From positions 1 to 59,656 of the forward strand of contig VXMQ01000089.1 in assembly GCA_009841015.1 (NCBI GenBank): 59,656 nucleotides of DNA. The letters are read 5' to 3'. A program made the translations under genes and the position numbers. Source of the DNA: Candidatus Palauibacter denitrificans (lineage in GTDB: Bacteria > Gemmatimonadota > Gemmatimonadetes > Palauibacterales > Palauibacteraceae). The notes below the pieces were generated by a model. It searched no databases and was not told where the DNA came from. It saw nothing but the letters and a program-made list of their open reading frames with translations. Shown one piece after another: positions 1 through 10,660 of the stretch (its first letter is position 1; each line of letters begins with the position of its first letter).

Positions 1-952
1 GCGACGTGAGACTCGGCGGCACCTCGAAGGCGTTGGCTTCGATCACCGCGTCGAGGAGTCGTTCGCCGACCTCCTCGTCCGCCTGACGTTCGCCCCGCGC
101 CAGGAGTTCCTTTTCGACCGCCTCACGAAGTTCCGCCAGCGTCTCGAAATTCCCGATCTCACTCGCGAAATCGTCCGTGAGGTCCGGAAGTTCGCTGGCA
201 CGGACCTCGTCGAGACGGATCTGCAGCGACCGGGTGGTCCCCGCGAGTTCCTCGGCCCCGAAGTCGTCCGGGTAGGAGACCGTGAACGTGCCTTCCTCGC
301 CGGGTGCCAGCGCGAGTATCGCGTCTTCGACGTCCGGAATCGCGTAGCCCGCGCCCAACTCGAACCGATACGGTTTCTCCGCCGCGCCGTCGCCTCCCTC
401 ATGTTCCCTGATGGCCACCGCGACGACGTCCCCGCTCTGCGGCGCCCGGTCCACGGGCTGGAGCACGGCGTTCTCCTTGCGGATGTTTTCGATGACCTCG
501 TCGACGTCCGCATCCTCGACCGCCACCTCGCGCCGCTTGACCCGGAACCCTCCCGTCCGCGCAAGCTCGATTGCCGGCATTACTTCCACGTCGATGCGGA
601 ACGAGAGCCGCTCCCCGGGCTGGTAGTCCAGTTCGCTCACGACGGGCTCCCCAATGGTGGAGAGGTCGTGCCGCTGGACGGCGTTCCGGAACGCGCGGTT
701 GACGAGCGCATCGACCGTCCGTTCGTCGATGAGGGGACCGTAGCGTTCCTCGACGATCCGGACCGGCACCTTCCCTTTCCGAAATCCCTTGATGCGGGTC
801 GTCTTCCGGAGCTTGGCGGCTTCCCGGCGACGCGTCGCCGCCACCTGCGCGGGGTCCACGGACACGTCGAGGCGGCGCAGGTAATCGTTCTCCTGCTTGA
901 TCGCGACATCGAACGGATCCGTCGCGGCGGCTTGTGAATCGGCTGCGCTCAA
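1..952 (-). CDS. tig: Trigger factor (3' part runs off the window start)
   Basis: Manual translation of the minus strand from TTG at 952 gives MSAADSQ...TRIKGFRKGKVPVRIVEERYG (GFRKGKVP ribosome-binding signature) followed by an FKBP-like region; tRNA-Leu lies directly upstream. Not in the ORF track because the stop is outside the window. Confidence 0.93.
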   Translation of the reverse strand, partial: MSAADSQAAATDPFDVAIKQENDYLRRLDVSVDPAQVAATRRREAAKLRKTTRIKGFRKGKVPVRIVEERYGPLIDERTVDALVNRAFRNAVQRHDLSTIGEPVVSELDYQPGERLSFRIDVEVMPAIELARTGGFRVKRREVAVEDADVDEVIENIRKENAVLQPVDRAPQSGDVVAVAIREHEGGDGAAEKPYRFELGAGYAIPDVEDAILALAPGEEGTFTVSYPDDFGAEELAGTTRSLQIRLDEVRASELPDLTDDFASEIGNFETLAELREAVEKELLARGERQADEEVGERLLDAVIEANAFEVPPSLTS

Positions 953-1020
953 GGTCGGTATGGCTCCCCGCTCGTGTCCTCGCGTCCCCGCACGGGCTGC
1001 TGGCAGTCTACGGCACGAAG

Positions 1021-1103
1021 TGCGAAAGGGGGGATTCGAACCCCCACGGCCAAGGGCCACCAGCTCCTAAGGCTGGCGCGTCTGCCAATTCCGCCACTTT
1101 CGC
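1021..1103 (-). tRNA. tRNA-Leu (anticodon TAG)
   Basis: Reverse complement GCGAAAGTGGCGGAATTGGCAGACGCGCCAGCCTTAGGAGCTGG...GGGGGTTCGAATCCCCCCTTTCGCA folds as a cloverleaf with a long variable arm and TTCGAAT T-loop. Confidence 0.96.
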
Positions 1104-1207
1104 GCGAACCCGCCAGGTCGACGCAGCGTCGGGATCGGCCGGGAATCTCGGCACCGGCCGGAACGGGGGCAAGCAGGAACCCCCGCCCCCGCCCGGTGCT
1201 TCGCGAA

Positions 1208-2818
1208 TCAGCGTTCCGGGATCACGACGCTCCGGAAAGCGTTCTGCCGACGCCCGTTGGGCAGCAGAATATCGAGTTGCACGCTCAGCGCGTCGCCGGG
1301 CCCCAACCCGGAGATAATGCGCTCGTAGTCGGCCCGCCCTTGAATTTCCTCGCCGTTGATGTCGACGATGAGGGTCCCCTCGGGCAGGCGCAGCCGCCCC
1401 ACCGCGCCCCTCCGGTCTCCGCCGACGATGACGACGCCGCTGAACCCGGGGTCGATCCGGTACTGCGCATGTTCGCGGGCTTCGACTTCGGCGTCATCCT
1501 TTACCGCGATACCGAGGACATCGCCGGTCGCCTCGATCGGCTCGGAGCGTGCCGCGACCCGGGGTGGCGAGTCGGCGTCCGCCGAGATCAGGCGGACGCG
1601 CGCCCGGTCGCGCTCCAGTGTGGAGCGGCGCACGACGTCCAGTTCCACCGTCTCCCCCGGCTCGAAGGCGCGGATCCGCCGCTGCAGTTCTGAAACGCCG
1701 GAGACGGGCTCCCCCGCCACGCCGACGATGACATCGCCGCCTTCGAGTCCGGCCAGCAGGGCGGGGCTGTCGTCGAAGGAGAAGGTCTGGATCTTCGCGC
1801 CCTCGACGCGCTCCAGGCCGTAGAATGCGGCATCCGCCGCGTCGACGTCGGTAATCGAGACGCCGATGAGCGCCCGCCGCACCTCCCCGAACTCGATCAG
1901 GTCGTCGACCACCTCGCGGGCGAGTTCGATCGGGACCGCGAAGCCGTACCCCTGGTAGCTCCCCGTCGTCGAGAGGATCGCCGTGTTGATTCCGATCACC
2001 TCGCCCGCCGCGTTCACCAGCGGCCCGCCCGAGTTGCCCCGGTTGATGACCGCATCCGTCTGGATGAAGTCCTCGATCGCGAGCGGGTTGCGGTTCCGGA
2101 GGATGGAGATGTTGCGCCCCTTGGCGGAGACGATCCCCGCCGTCACGGATGAGAGCAGCGGTCCCGGCGCCGTCCGGAAGCCCGGACTCCCGATCGCGAG
2201 TACCCACTCGCCTACGGCGGTCTCGTCGCTGGAGCCGATGGGGAGGACGGCGATGTCGTCCACCTCGAGCCTGAGCAGCGCCACGTCGGTCTGCGGATCC
2301 CGCCCTACGAGTGCCACGTTGTCGAAGACCCGTCCGTCGTGAAGCTCGATGTCGATGCGCTCCGCGCCCGCGACCACGTGGTTGTTCGTCACCACGTAGC
2401 CGGCTTCCGAGACGATGAAGCCGGATCCGCTCCACTCGACGGTCTGTGGCAGCCGCTCCTCCTCGCGGTTCCGGGCGGTATCGGGCGGGAACTCGAACCC
2501 CGGCGGGAACTCGAACCCCGGCGGCGGCTCAAAGCCCGGCGGCAACGGGGAAGCGTTCGGGAAAGAGGTCTCCCGCTCCGCTGTCAGGTAGATCGTCACG
2601 ACCGCGGGAGCCACGCGCTCCGTCACGTCGGCGAAGCCGTTCCCCATCGTCATCCCGGCGCCGGCGGGCGCCCCGATCACCCATCCCGGATCCCGGTTGC
2701 CGTCTGCCGCGATCGAAACCGGGGTCAGGTCCAGAACCGAAGCCAGCCCCACGCCGAACGCGAACGCGATCGCTGTCGCGATCAGAAGATTCAGTCGAGT
2801 ACGCAGCGAGTCGCTCAT
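1208..2818 (-). CDS. degP: DegP/HtrA (Do) family serine protease with two PDZ domains
   Basis: TNNHVV, IQTDAVINRGNSGGPL catalytic motifs, N-terminal TM/signal segment, C-terminal PDZ-like regions; start taken at MSDSLRT after an RBS. Confidence 0.92.
   Translation of the reverse strand: MSDSLRTRLNLLIATAIAFAFGVGLASVLDLTPVSIAADGNRDPGWVIGAPAGAGMTMGNGFADVTERVAPAVVTIYLTAERETSFPNASPLPPGFEPPPGFEFPPGFEFPPDTARNREEERLPQTVEWSGSGFIVSEAGYVVTNNHVVAGAERIDIELHDGRVFDNVALVGRDPQTDVALLRLEVDDIAVLPIGSSDETAVGEWVLAIGSPGFRTAPGPLLSSVTAGIVSAKGRNISILRNRNPLAIEDFIQTDAVINRGNSGGPLVNAAGEVIGINTAILSTTGSYQGYGFAVPIELAREVVDDLIEFGEVRRALIGVSITDVDAADAAFYGLERVEGAKIQTFSFDDSPALLAGLEGGDVIVGVAGEPVSGVSELQRRIRAFEPGETVELDVVRRSTLERDRARVRLISADADSPPRVAARSEPIEATGDVLGIAVKDDAEVEAREHAQYRIDPGFSGVVIVGGDRRGAVGRLRLPEGTLIVDINGEEIQGRADYERIISGLGPGDALSVQLDILLPNGRRQNAFRSVVIPER
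2484..2537. repeat. 18-bp in-frame tandem repeat (PPGFEF-type) inside degP
   Basis: ggcgggaactcgaacccc twice plus one degenerate copy. Confidence 0.8.
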
Positions 2819-2971
2819 CCCTCTATCTCCCTCTCCCGGCCGCATCATCCAGCGACCGAAGTACGAATATAGCAGACACCCCCGAACGCCGAACCATGGG
2901 ATGAACGGCGCGCGACCCGGGGTTGCCCACGAGCAGGCCCCGGGCCGCGCCCCGCCAGACCGGTCGAAGGG

Positions 2972-4915
2972 CTACTTGTCGTCGGACTCCTCGACGATCT
3001 CGTAGTCCGCCTCGACGACTTCCGCTTCGTCGTCGTCCGCCTCCACCTCGACTTCGGCTTCTCCGTCGCCGGCTCCCGGCATGTCGCCTGGCGAGGCGTC
3101 CGCCCCCATCCCGGCCGCGGCGTACATCTTCTGCGCCGCCGCGCCGACCGCTTCCTGGATGGCCGTGGTCGCCGCGGCCACCTCCTCGGTGTCGTCCTGC
3201 TTGAGCGCCGCGCGCCCCCGCTCCAGCGTCTCCTCGATCGCGGACCGGTCCGCGTCGTCGAGCGACTCCTTCCAGTCTTCGAGGTTCTTCTCCGTCTGGT
3301 ACACGAGGGAGTCGAGCCGGTTGCGGGTCTCGACGGTCTCGCGCCGCTCCTGGTCCTCCGCGGCATGCGATTCCGCGTCCCTCACCATGCTCTCGATCTC
3401 GGCGTCGGAGAGCCCCGAAGACGCCTCGATGCGGATCTTCTGCTCCTTGCCCGTCGCCTTGTCCCTGGCGCTCACGTGCAGGATGCCGTTCGCGTCGATG
3501 TCGAAGGTGACCTCGACCTGGGGCACGCCGCGCGGCGCGGGCGGGATGCCCGTGAGCTGGAAGCGGCCGATCGTCTTGTTTCCGCTCGCCATCTTCCGCT
3601 CGCCCTGGAGCACGTGGATGTCGACCGTGTTCTGGTTGTCCTCCGCGGTCGAGAAGATCTCCGACTTCTTCGTGGGGATCGTCGTGTTGCGCTCGATGAG
3701 CGACGTCATGACCCCGCCCAGCGTCTCGATCCCGAGCGAGAGCGGGGTGACGTCGAGCAGCAGTACGTCCTTCACGTCGCCGCCGAGCACGCCGCCCTGG
3801 ATCGCGGCCCCGATGCCCACGACCTCATCCGGGTTCACGCCCCTGTGCGGATCCTGACCGAAGAAGTCCTTGACGACTTCCTGGATCTTCGGGATCCGGG
3901 TCGAGCCGCCCACCAGGATGACCTCGTCGATCTCGTCGACCGAGAGACCGGCGTCGGCCAGCGCCTTCTCCATCGGCGGAATCGTGCGCTGGATCAGGTC
4001 GTCCACCAACTGCTCGAACTTCGCCCGCGAGAGGGCGAGGTTGAGGTGCTTGGGCCCCGACGCGTCGGCCGTGATGAAGGGGAGGTTGATGTCGGTCTGC
4101 ATGGTCGAGCTGAGCTCGATCTTCGCCTTCTCCGCCGCCTCCTTGAGGCGCTGCAGCGCCATCGGGTCCGCCGAAAGGTCGATCCCCTGGTCCTTCTTGA
4201 ACTCGTCCACGAGCCAGTTGATGAGGCGCTGGTCGAAGTCGTCTCCGCCGAGGTGCGTGTCGCCGTTCGTGGCCTTCACCTCGAACACGCCGTCCCCGAG
4301 TTCGAGCACGGAGATGTCGTAGGTCCCGCCGCCGAGGTCGAACACCGCGATCTTCTCGTCCGACTTCTTGTCGAGACCGTAGGCGAGCGCCGCGGCCGTC
4401 GGCTCATTGATGATCCGCCGGACCGTAAGACCGGCCACGCGGCCCGCGTCCTTCGTCGCCTGGCGCTGCGCGTCGTTGAAGTAGGCCGGGACCGTGATCA
4501 CGGCCTCCGTCACTTCCTGGCCCAGATAGTCCTCGGCCGTCTGCTTCATCTTCTGCAGCACCATGGCCGAGAGTTCGGGCGGCGTGAAGGTCTTGTCCGC
4601 GTGCGCAATCCGCACCTGAACGCGGTCCTGGTTGTCGCCCTGGATGTCGTAGGTGACGAGCTTCATCTCCTCGCCCACCTCGGACCGCTTGCGGCCCATG
4701 AAGCGCTTGATCGAGGCGACGGTGTTGAGGGGATTGGTGACGGCCTGCCGCTTGGCGACCTGCCCGACGAGCCGCTCACCCTCCTTCGTGAAGGCGACCA
4801 CCGAGGGCGTGGTGCGCGCGCCCTCCGCGCTCGGGATGACGACGGGGTCTCCACCTTCCATTACCGCGACGACCGAGTTCGTCGTCCCGAGATCGATTCC
4901 GATGATCTTGCCCAT
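2972..4915 (-). CDS. dnaK: Molecular chaperone DnaK
   Basis: [42 protein letters not shown] Hsp70 signatures; true start is the ATG at 4915, not the ORF-track start at 5437. Confidence 0.99.
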   Translation of the reverse strand: MGKIIGIDLGTTNSVVAVMEGGDPVVIPSAEGARTTPSVVAFTKEGERLVGQVAKRQAVTNPLNTVASIKRFMGRKRSEVGEEMKLVTYDIQGDNQDRVQVRIAHADKTFTPPELSAMVLQKMKQTAEDYLGQEVTEAVITVPAYFNDAQRQATKDAGRVAGLTVRRIINEPTAAALAYGLDKKSDEKIAVFDLGGGTYDISVLELGDGVFEVKATNGDTHLGGDDFDQRLINWLVDEFKKDQGIDLSADPMALQRLKEAAEKAKIELSSTMQTDINLPFITADASGPKHLNLALSRAKFEQLVDDLIQRTIPPMEKALADAGLSVDEIDEVILVGGSTRIPKIQEVVKDFFGQDPHRGVNPDEVVGIGAAIQGGVLGGDVKDVLLLDVTPLSLGIETLGGVMTSLIERNTTIPTKKSEIFSTAEDNQNTVDIHVLQGERKMASGNKTIGRFQLTGIPPAPRGVPQVEVTFDIDANGILHVSARDKATGKEQKIRIEASSGLSDAEIESMVRDAESHAAEDQERRETVETRNRLDSLVYQTEKNLEDWKESLDDADRSAIEETLERGRAALKQDDTEEVAAATTAIQEAVGAAAQKMYAAAGMGADASPGDMPGAGDGEAEVEVEADDDEAEVVEADYEIVEESDDK

Positions 4916-5023
4916 TGGTTTTCCTTGGCTTGTGCTTGTCCGCTGTTTCCGGTGGTTCCGTCCCAGGCCCCAACCGCACGGGGCGGCCGCTCCTGCCGGC
5001 GTGCGCCCGCGAACCCACACATG

Positions 5024-5039
5024 TGCAATCGCCGTGCCG
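5024..5039 (-). promoter_or_regulatory. Sigma-54 (-24/-12) promoter upstream of dnaK
   Basis: Minus strand CGGCACGGCGATTGCA matches TGGCAC-N5-TTGCW with correct GG/GC spacing, about 110 bp upstream of the ATG. Confidence 0.75.
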
Positions 5040-5069
5040 TTCCGCGGGCCGCCTGTGCACCGCCTTTTC

Positions 5070-5124
5070 CGACAAAATGGCACTCGGGGAGAGCCGCGCT
5101 CCGGCGCGGAGTGCCAAAGTGGCA
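5070..5124. promoter_or_regulatory. Two quasi-palindromic boxes, candidate enhancer-binding sites
   Basis: CGACAAAATGGCA (5070-5082) and TGCCAAAGTGGCA (5112-5124), 42 bp apart, upstream of the sigma-54 site. Confidence 0.5.
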
Positions 5125-5213
5125 TGAAAAGGGGCGGGGTTGTGGCGCGGAAGACGGGACGGGGTATGTTCCCCGGGCTCCCGTCGCCCCGAACCCTCAG
5201 CCGGAGTGCGCCG

Positions 5214-6665
5214 ATGTCCCAGCGTCGCGACCCTTCCCGCTCCGCAACCGCGGCGCCTTCGGCGATGCGGCGGGAGGGCTGGCTGCTCCTGGCTTTCGTC
5301 ACCGTGCTGTGTGTCGGCCTGGCCGCGGGCGCGGTGCCGCTATCGGCGCAGGGACTCGAGGGCGTGGGCGGCGCGATCGACGAACCGTTCTTCTCCCGTC
5401 TGGCGCGGGGCCTGCTCGGGATCGCCTTCCTGCTCACGACGGTGTGGCTCTGCTCGGCCCACCGGAAGTCGATCTCGTGGCCGCTCGTCGCGAAGGGCCT
5501 CGGGCTTCAGATCGCCTTCGCGCTCCTCGTTCTCAAGACGGGGATCGGTCACGCCTTCTTCAGTGCCGTCAACGACATCTTCGTCGCCCTCATCGGGTAT
5601 ACGAACGCCGGGTCGCGCTTCGTGTTCGGGTCGCTCGTGGACTACGGGACTCCGGTTGAAGGGGGCGCGGGCGGCGTCGTGAACATCGGCGCGAACTTCG
5701 CCTTCAGCGTTCTGCCCACGATCATCTTCTTCTCCTCTCTCATGGCCCTCGCCTATCACCTGGGATTCATGCAGCGGGTGGTGCGGGGCGTCGCGTGGGC
5801 GATGCAGCGCACCCTCGGGACGAGCGGCGCGGAGACGACCTCCGCCGCCGGCAACATCTTCGTCGGCCAGACGGAGGCGCCGCTCCTCATCCGGCCCTTC
5901 GTGGACCGGATGACGCTGTCCGAACTCAACACCGTGATGACGGGAGGCTTCGCGACCGTGGCGGGCGGCGCGCTGGCGGCGTACGTCGCGATCCTCGTGG
6001 GGGTGTTCCCGGGGATCGCGGGGCACCTCCTGGCGGCGAGCATCATGGCGGCGCCGGCGGGGATCGTGGTGAGCAAGATGTTGATGCCCGAGACGGAAGA
6101 ACCCGAGACGCGCGGCACGCTGGATATCGACCCGCCACAGGCGCACGCCAACGTGATCGACGCGGCGGCCGGAGGGGCCGGGGACGGGCTGAAGCTCGCC
6201 TTGAACGTGGGCGCCATGCTCCTCGCCTTCCTCGCCATCATCGCCCTGGGGAACGGCATCATCGGCTGGGTGACGGGGCTGTTCGGCGTCGAGGGAGTCA
6301 CGCTCGAGCGGATCTTCGGCTGGGTCTTCGCTCCCGTGGCCTGGCTCATCGGCGTCCCGTGGGCGGACGCGGTCGAGGTCGGGACGCTGTTCGGCGTGAA
6401 GATGGTCGCGAACGAGTTCCTCGCCTTCACGAACCTCGGGGCCGGGCTCGGCGGCGACCTTCAGCTCTCCAACAAGTCGCTGATCATGTGCACCTACGCA
6501 CTGACGGGATTCGCGAACTTCAGCTCGATCGCGATCCAGATCGGGGGCATCGGGGGGATCGCCCCCGGCCGGCGGGAGGATCTTTCGAAGCTCGGCCTCC
6601 GGGCGATGCTCGGGGGGACGGTCGCGACCTGGATGACCGCGACGCTGGCCGGAGTCCTCGCGTGA
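5214..6665 (+). CDS. nupC: NupC/CNT family nucleoside transporter
   Basis: [41 protein letters not shown] motifs; adjacent to purine nucleoside phosphorylase. Start could also be 5265. Confidence 0.93.
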   Translation: MSQRRDPSRSATAAPSAMRREGWLLLAFVTVLCVGLAAGAVPLSAQGLEGVGGAIDEPFFSRLARGLLGIAFLLTTVWLCSAHRKSISWPLVAKGLGLQIAFALLVLKTGIGHAFFSAVNDIFVALIGYTNAGSRFVFGSLVDYGTPVEGGAGGVVNIGANFAFSVLPTIIFFSSLMALAYHLGFMQRVVRGVAWAMQRTLGTSGAETTSAAGNIFVGQTEAPLLIRPFVDRMTLSELNTVMTGGFATVAGGALAAYVAILVGVFPGIAGHLLAASIMAAPAGIVVSKMLMPETEEPETRGTLDIDPPQAHANVIDAAAGGAGDGLKLALNVGAMLLAFLAIIALGNGIIGWVTGLFGVEGVTLERIFGWVFAPVAWLIGVPWADAVEVGTLFGVKMVANEFLAFTNLGAGLGGDLQLSNKSLIMCTYALTGFANFSSIAIQIGGIGGIAPGRREDLSKLGLRAMLGGTVATWMTATLAGVLA

Positions 6666-7507
6666 CCCGCGCCGCCGACCTGGAGGCCGGCGTCGAAGCG
6701 GCGGCCGCCGCGCTGAGGGCCCGCATCGGGGAGCGGCTGGGCGGCGATCCGCCGCACGTCGCGATCACCATGGGTTCGGGACTCGGCGGCCTCGGGGAAG
6801 AGATCGAGGATCCGGTGCGCGTGCCCTACGAGGATCTTCCCGGCTGGCCTCGCCCCACCGTCATCGGCCACGCCGGCCACGCGCTCATCGGGACGCTCGG
6901 CGGCCGGCCGGTCCTGGGCCTCAGCGGACGCGTCCACCTCTACGAGGGCGGCCCGCCGGAGCGCGTCGTCTTCTACGTGCGCGTCGCGGCGGCGCTGGGC
7001 ATCCCGGTCATCTTCCTCTCGAACGCGGCCGGGGCGATCCGGGAGGGCTGGCACCCGGGCGAACTGATGCTGATCGCCGACCACCTCAACCTGACCGGCA
7101 CGAGCCCGCTCATCGGTCCCGTGGTGGGGACGGAGAGCCGCTTCCCCGACCTGACCTTCGCCTATGACCGGGACCTGCGGGTGGTCGTCCGCGAGGCCGC
7201 GTCCGAGCTGGGCCACACGCTTCACGAGGGCGTCTACGCGGCGATGCACGGCCCCGCATTCGAGACGCCGGCCGAGATCCGCATGCTGCGGGCGCTGGGT
7301 GTCGACGCCGTCGGGATGTCCACAGTCCCGGAGGTCATCGCGGCGCGCGCCGTCGGCATCCGCTGCGTCGCCGTCTCCTGCCTCACGAACTACGCCGCCG
7401 GGGTCCTCGACGAACCGCTGAATCACGAAGAAGTGCTGGAGACGACGAAGCTCGCCCAAGCCGACTTCCAGCGCCTCGTCGCCGAATCGGTCCGCCGCTT
7501 CCCGTAG
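6662..7507 (+). CDS. punA: Purine nucleoside phosphorylase (trimeric PNP I type)
   Basis: GSGLG, GRVHLYEG, GPAFETPAE, VGMSTVPE motifs; GTG start overlaps the nupC stop (GTGA). Confidence 0.93.
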   Translation: MTRAADLEAGVEAAAAALRARIGERLGGDPPHVAITMGSGLGGLGEEIEDPVRVPYEDLPGWPRPTVIGHAGHALIGTLGGRPVLGLSGRVHLYEGGPPERVVFYVRVAAALGIPVIFLSNAAGAIREGWHPGELMLIADHLNLTGTSPLIGPVVGTESRFPDLTFAYDRDLRVVVREAASELGHTLHEGVYAAMHGPAFETPAEIRMLRALGVDAVGMSTVPEVIAARAVGIRCVAVSCLTNYAAGVLDEPLNHEEVLETTKLAQADFQRLVAESVRRFP

Positions 7508-7566
7508 CGTAGTGGCCCGTTCCCTCGCCCCGGCCTGTGCGGCCGGATCGCGCGGGCGGGTCCGGG

Positions 7567-7956
7567 TCAGCCCTGGCCCACCCCCCTGCCGGCGCCGGTG
7601 TCCGGGAAGGGAATGCCGAACGCATGGCCCTCCAGCCGGGCCACCGAAGTGCTCGTCTTCGCCACTTCGCCCCGGAGCGCACCGATCTCGCTCCCGAGCT
7701 TGTCGCGCACGTCCTTGATCTCGCCCCGGAGGCCGTGGATTTCGTTTCCGAGCTTGTCGCGCACGTCCTTGATTTCCCCCCGGAGTTCGGCGCGCGTGTC
7801 GCGCAGCTCGCGCCGCACGTCCCCAATCTCGCCCCGGAGTTCGTCGCTCAGCTTGTCGACCCGGCCGCCGAGCTTGCGGTTGCCCAGTTCCAGCTTCACG
7901 CCGACGCCGATGATGGCCAGGACCACCGTGATGAGTCCGATCACATCAAACCCCAT
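7567..7956 (-). CDS. Small protein with N-terminal TM helix and repeat coiled coil ending in ARLEG
   Basis: Hydrophobic N-terminus, 18-aa repeats LRGEIKDVRDKLG(N/S)EI, C-terminal VARLEG. Confidence 0.7.
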   Translation of the reverse strand: MGFDVIGLITVVLAIIGVGVKLELGNRKLGGRVDKLSDELRGEIGDVRRELRDTRAELRGEIKDVRDKLGNEIHGLRGEIKDVRDKLGSEIGALRGEVAKTSTSVARLEGHAFGIPFPDTGAGRGVGQG

Positions 7957-8147
7957 CGCCCGAGAATCTCCCGCTGAAGGTTCACCATGACGCGTTGCCG
8001 CTGCGGCTGTCCGCACATGGCCAACCTCCAGACGCCCATCAATGTGGCCTCAACCGGGCGCCATCTTCAAGCCGGACCGGGACGCCGACGCTGCTCACCG
8101 GCACGATCGCGGTTGACCGCAGGCCGTCGGCCGGTCAGCGTCAGCAC

Positions 8148-9302
8148 ATGACCCTGCGATCATGGATTGCGATGTCGCTGTTGGCCGCGGTGACCGCCGG
8201 TTGTGGCCGGCCGGCGTCCACGGCGTGCGAAATCGCGGACCCCGAGGGTCGTGTCGTACGAAACACGAGCGCCGGCGTCTGGCCAACGGATCTCTCCTGG
8301 CGCGAGGTGTGGCGAGCCGGAGGCGCCGAGGAGGCGGAGGAGCTGGTCTTTCCGGCGGACGTCGCCGTAGGTCCCGACGGATCGGTGGCCATCGCGGACT
8401 GGGGTCTCGGCGAAGTCATCCTGCTCGACCCCGATGGAGCGTGGCAGGGGCCGGTCATGACGCGCGGCGAAGGCCCCGGTGAGGTCCAGGCACCGGCCGC
8501 GGTGACCTGGATGGATGCCAACACGCTCCTCGTCCTCGACTTCGGGGCCTTCCGGCTGACCACACTGGATCTCCCTTCACGCTCGGCCAGCGTCACGGCG
8601 GTCGATCCGGCGTTCATGTCACCCGTATTCGCGTCCGGCGAGGTCACGTTCGTGGCGCTCCAACCGGATTCCACGGTGTGGCTGGAGTTCCCCGGCCCCG
8701 TCGAGGACGGTTGGGAGGAGCGGTCCTTCGTCCGCTGGTCTCCGGAAAGTCCGGCGAACGATACGGTCGCGCGGTCCAGTGCCAGAGCGTTGGAGCGCAC
8801 GACGTTGCCCGCATGGCCGCGGTCGCTGGTGGGCGTCGGCGCGGAGACCCGGGTCGTTTCCGACCCGGACGGACGTTACGAACTGACGGTATTCGACCGG
8901 GATGACACCATGCTCGTTCGGTTCTGCCATCCGGGCGAGGCGCTTCCACTCTCGCCTGCCGAGCGCGGTGAGACCCCGGATGAGCGCATGCCCGAGGCGT
9001 GGCGGACCGCTCTCCGCGAACTCGGAGATCCACCGGATCCGGCGATCATCTCCCGAATCGTCGTGGACGCGGACAGCCGGATCTGGGTTCAGCGGGACCG
9101 TCCCCTCCCCGGTGCCGCTGGCCCGCACGGAGCCCCGGGAGCCCTGCACGACGTGTTCCTCCCGTCCGGACGCTTCGTCGGCTCGATCCGCCTTCCGGAC
9201 GACCATCGACTCCTGGACGCGCGAGGCCGCAGGGTATGGACCCTCCACACCGGCAGCCTCGACGAATCCTCCATCGCGGCCCTCGAGATCGAGGGACTCT
9301 GA
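8148..9302 (+). CDS. 6-bladed beta-propeller (NHL-like) lipoprotein
   Basis: Lipobox VTAGC; PADVAVGPDGSVAIAD, GEGPGEV, IVVDADSRIWV blade motifs. Confidence 0.75.
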   Translation: MTLRSWIAMSLLAAVTAGCGRPASTACEIADPEGRVVRNTSAGVWPTDLSWREVWRAGGAEEAEELVFPADVAVGPDGSVAIADWGLGEVILLDPDGAWQGPVMTRGEGPGEVQAPAAVTWMDANTLLVLDFGAFRLTTLDLPSRSASVTAVDPAFMSPVFASGEVTFVALQPDSTVWLEFPGPVEDGWEERSFVRWSPESPANDTVARSSARALERTTLPAWPRSLVGVGAETRVVSDPDGRYELTVFDRDDTMLVRFCHPGEALPLSPAERGETPDERMPEAWRTALRELGDPPDPAIISRIVVDADSRIWVQRDRPLPGAAGPHGAPGALHDVFLPSGRFVGSIRLPDDHRLLDARGRRVWTLHTGSLDESSIAALEIEGL

Positions 9303-9341
9303 ACTTGCCAGGGCTTCAAAGCTTCGTCCCGCAGCACATTC

Positions 9342-9423
9342 CCTGCATCGCGAACTACGCCGCCGGGGTCCTCGACGAACCTTCCAGCGCATCGTCGCCC
9401 AGTCGATCCGCCGGTTCCGGTAG
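9342..9423 (+). pseudogene. Diverged, internally deleted duplicate of the PNP gene 3' end
   Basis: 9351-9381 is identical to 7386-7416 (31 bp); 9382-9423 encodes FQRIVAQSIRRFR* versus FQRLVAESVRRFP* at 7466-7507. Confidence 0.85.
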
Positions 9424-9699
9424 CTCCGCAGCGCCCCGGTCGGCGCCTGGGTCAACTCGCGCCCACCGGCAATGGCGCCGCCAGCCGTTTCCGTCGATCG
9501 ACCTGGAGTATCCGTCCACTTAATCTACTGTCGTACAGGACTTTACGAACATTTCACGATGAGAACGCGGCCTCCGCCGCGCCGACAGGCTGGATCGGCG
9601 ATCGCGAAGTTTTGCCCTCGGGAGGACCATTAACTAGTAGAGACCGGAGACACATCGAGGACGCGGATCCCGCCGCGTTCCCGTTCGAAAGAGGCCGAC

Positions 9700-10491
9700 A
9701 TGACCCTTGTAGTCGCCGACTCGCGCCATACAGCCCAGGCGGTATGCCGAGCCGTAGGCCCAGGCGCTCGCCTAGCGCACTCGACCGAAGCGTTCGGCGC
9801 TCTCGACGGGGAGGTCGAACCGGTGGTGGTCGTTTGCCATGGGCGGATTCGGCAGGAGCAGGTCGAGTTGTTGGTGAGGTTGGAGCGCGAGCGGCCGTGG
9901 GTGCCGGTGGTTCTCGTGGCGGACCCCGATCCCGAGTTGGCCAGACAACTGCTCCGTGTGCGTACGTCAGCAATGGTCTGGCTCACCGAACTGGAGACGC
10001 ACCTTCGACGCCGCCTGGACGCCGTGCGCGCGACATGGGGCCTGTGGAGCCTGGCGGGCGCGTTCGAGCGCTCCTCGCTGCCCCCCGCGCTCGGGAAAGC
10101 CCTCGTCCATGCGGCGCGGCGGGCCGCGAAGCGACCGGTCCGCAACGTACGGGAACTGGCCAGGGACGTGGGCTGCGCGCCCGTAACGCTGTTCAGGCAG
10201 TTCGGAGCGCGAGCGAACGGCGTGACGACCCTGAGCGCGTTCATCGCCGGCCTCTCGGTCCTGAGGGTGTATGAGCTTCGCCGGTCTGGCCTGAACTGGA
10301 AACGCGTGGAGCAACACATGCAGCTCGGCCGGGCCACCATAACCCGAAGAGCAAAGGTCTGGCCGGGCTGCCCGCCGGGGGAACTGGTACAGATGACGCC
10401 GGATCGGCTCTTCGCAGCGTTCACGGCGGAACATGTCCGACCGATCCTTCCGACCATATCGGACGGGGTGTCCACTCTCGATCATGAGTAA
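9700..10491 (+). CDS. Putative transcriptional regulator (receiver-like N-terminus plus AraC-like HTH)
   Basis: PWVPVVLVAD receiver-like strand; NVRELARDVGCAPVTLFRQF HTH and a second HTH-like segment. Confidence 0.6.
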   Translation: MTLVVADSRHTAQAVCRAVGPGARLAHSTEAFGALDGEVEPVVVVCHGRIRQEQVELLVRLERERPWVPVVLVADPDPELARQLLRVRTSAMVWLTELETHLRRRLDAVRATWGLWSLAGAFERSSLPPALGKALVHAARRAAKRPVRNVRELARDVGCAPVTLFRQFGARANGVTTLSAFIAGLSVLRVYELRRSGLNWKRVEQHMQLGRATITRRAKVWPGCPPGELVQMTPDRLFAAFTAEHVRPILPTISDGVSTLDHE

Positions 10492-10660
10492 ACGGTTTGG
10501 GTCAAATCGACACGTTTCTCTCTCTGGTTACAGGCGTCGCGCACCGCCAGCTTTCATGCCGAAATCGTCGATACGCGAGTTCGTCAGTCGTTGAGTTCGG
10601 GTTTCGGACCGGGATGCCGGGTGAGACAGGTTTCCCGGAAGGGAGGGGACAGGAGGAGCA

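Noticed and set aside
5078-5116. CIRCE-like inverted repeat TGGCACTC...GAGTGCCA upstream of dnaK
   Set aside because: Spacer is 23 bp rather than the 9 bp needed for HrcA binding; the arms overlap the two TGCCA/TGGCA boxes, which explain much of the symmetry.
3365-5659. Long plus-strand ORF opposite dnaK, and similar long antisense ORFs opposite trpS, purA, ffh and hydantoinase
   Set aside because: Shadow frames expected from high-GC codon bias; the opposite strands carry clear conserved genes.
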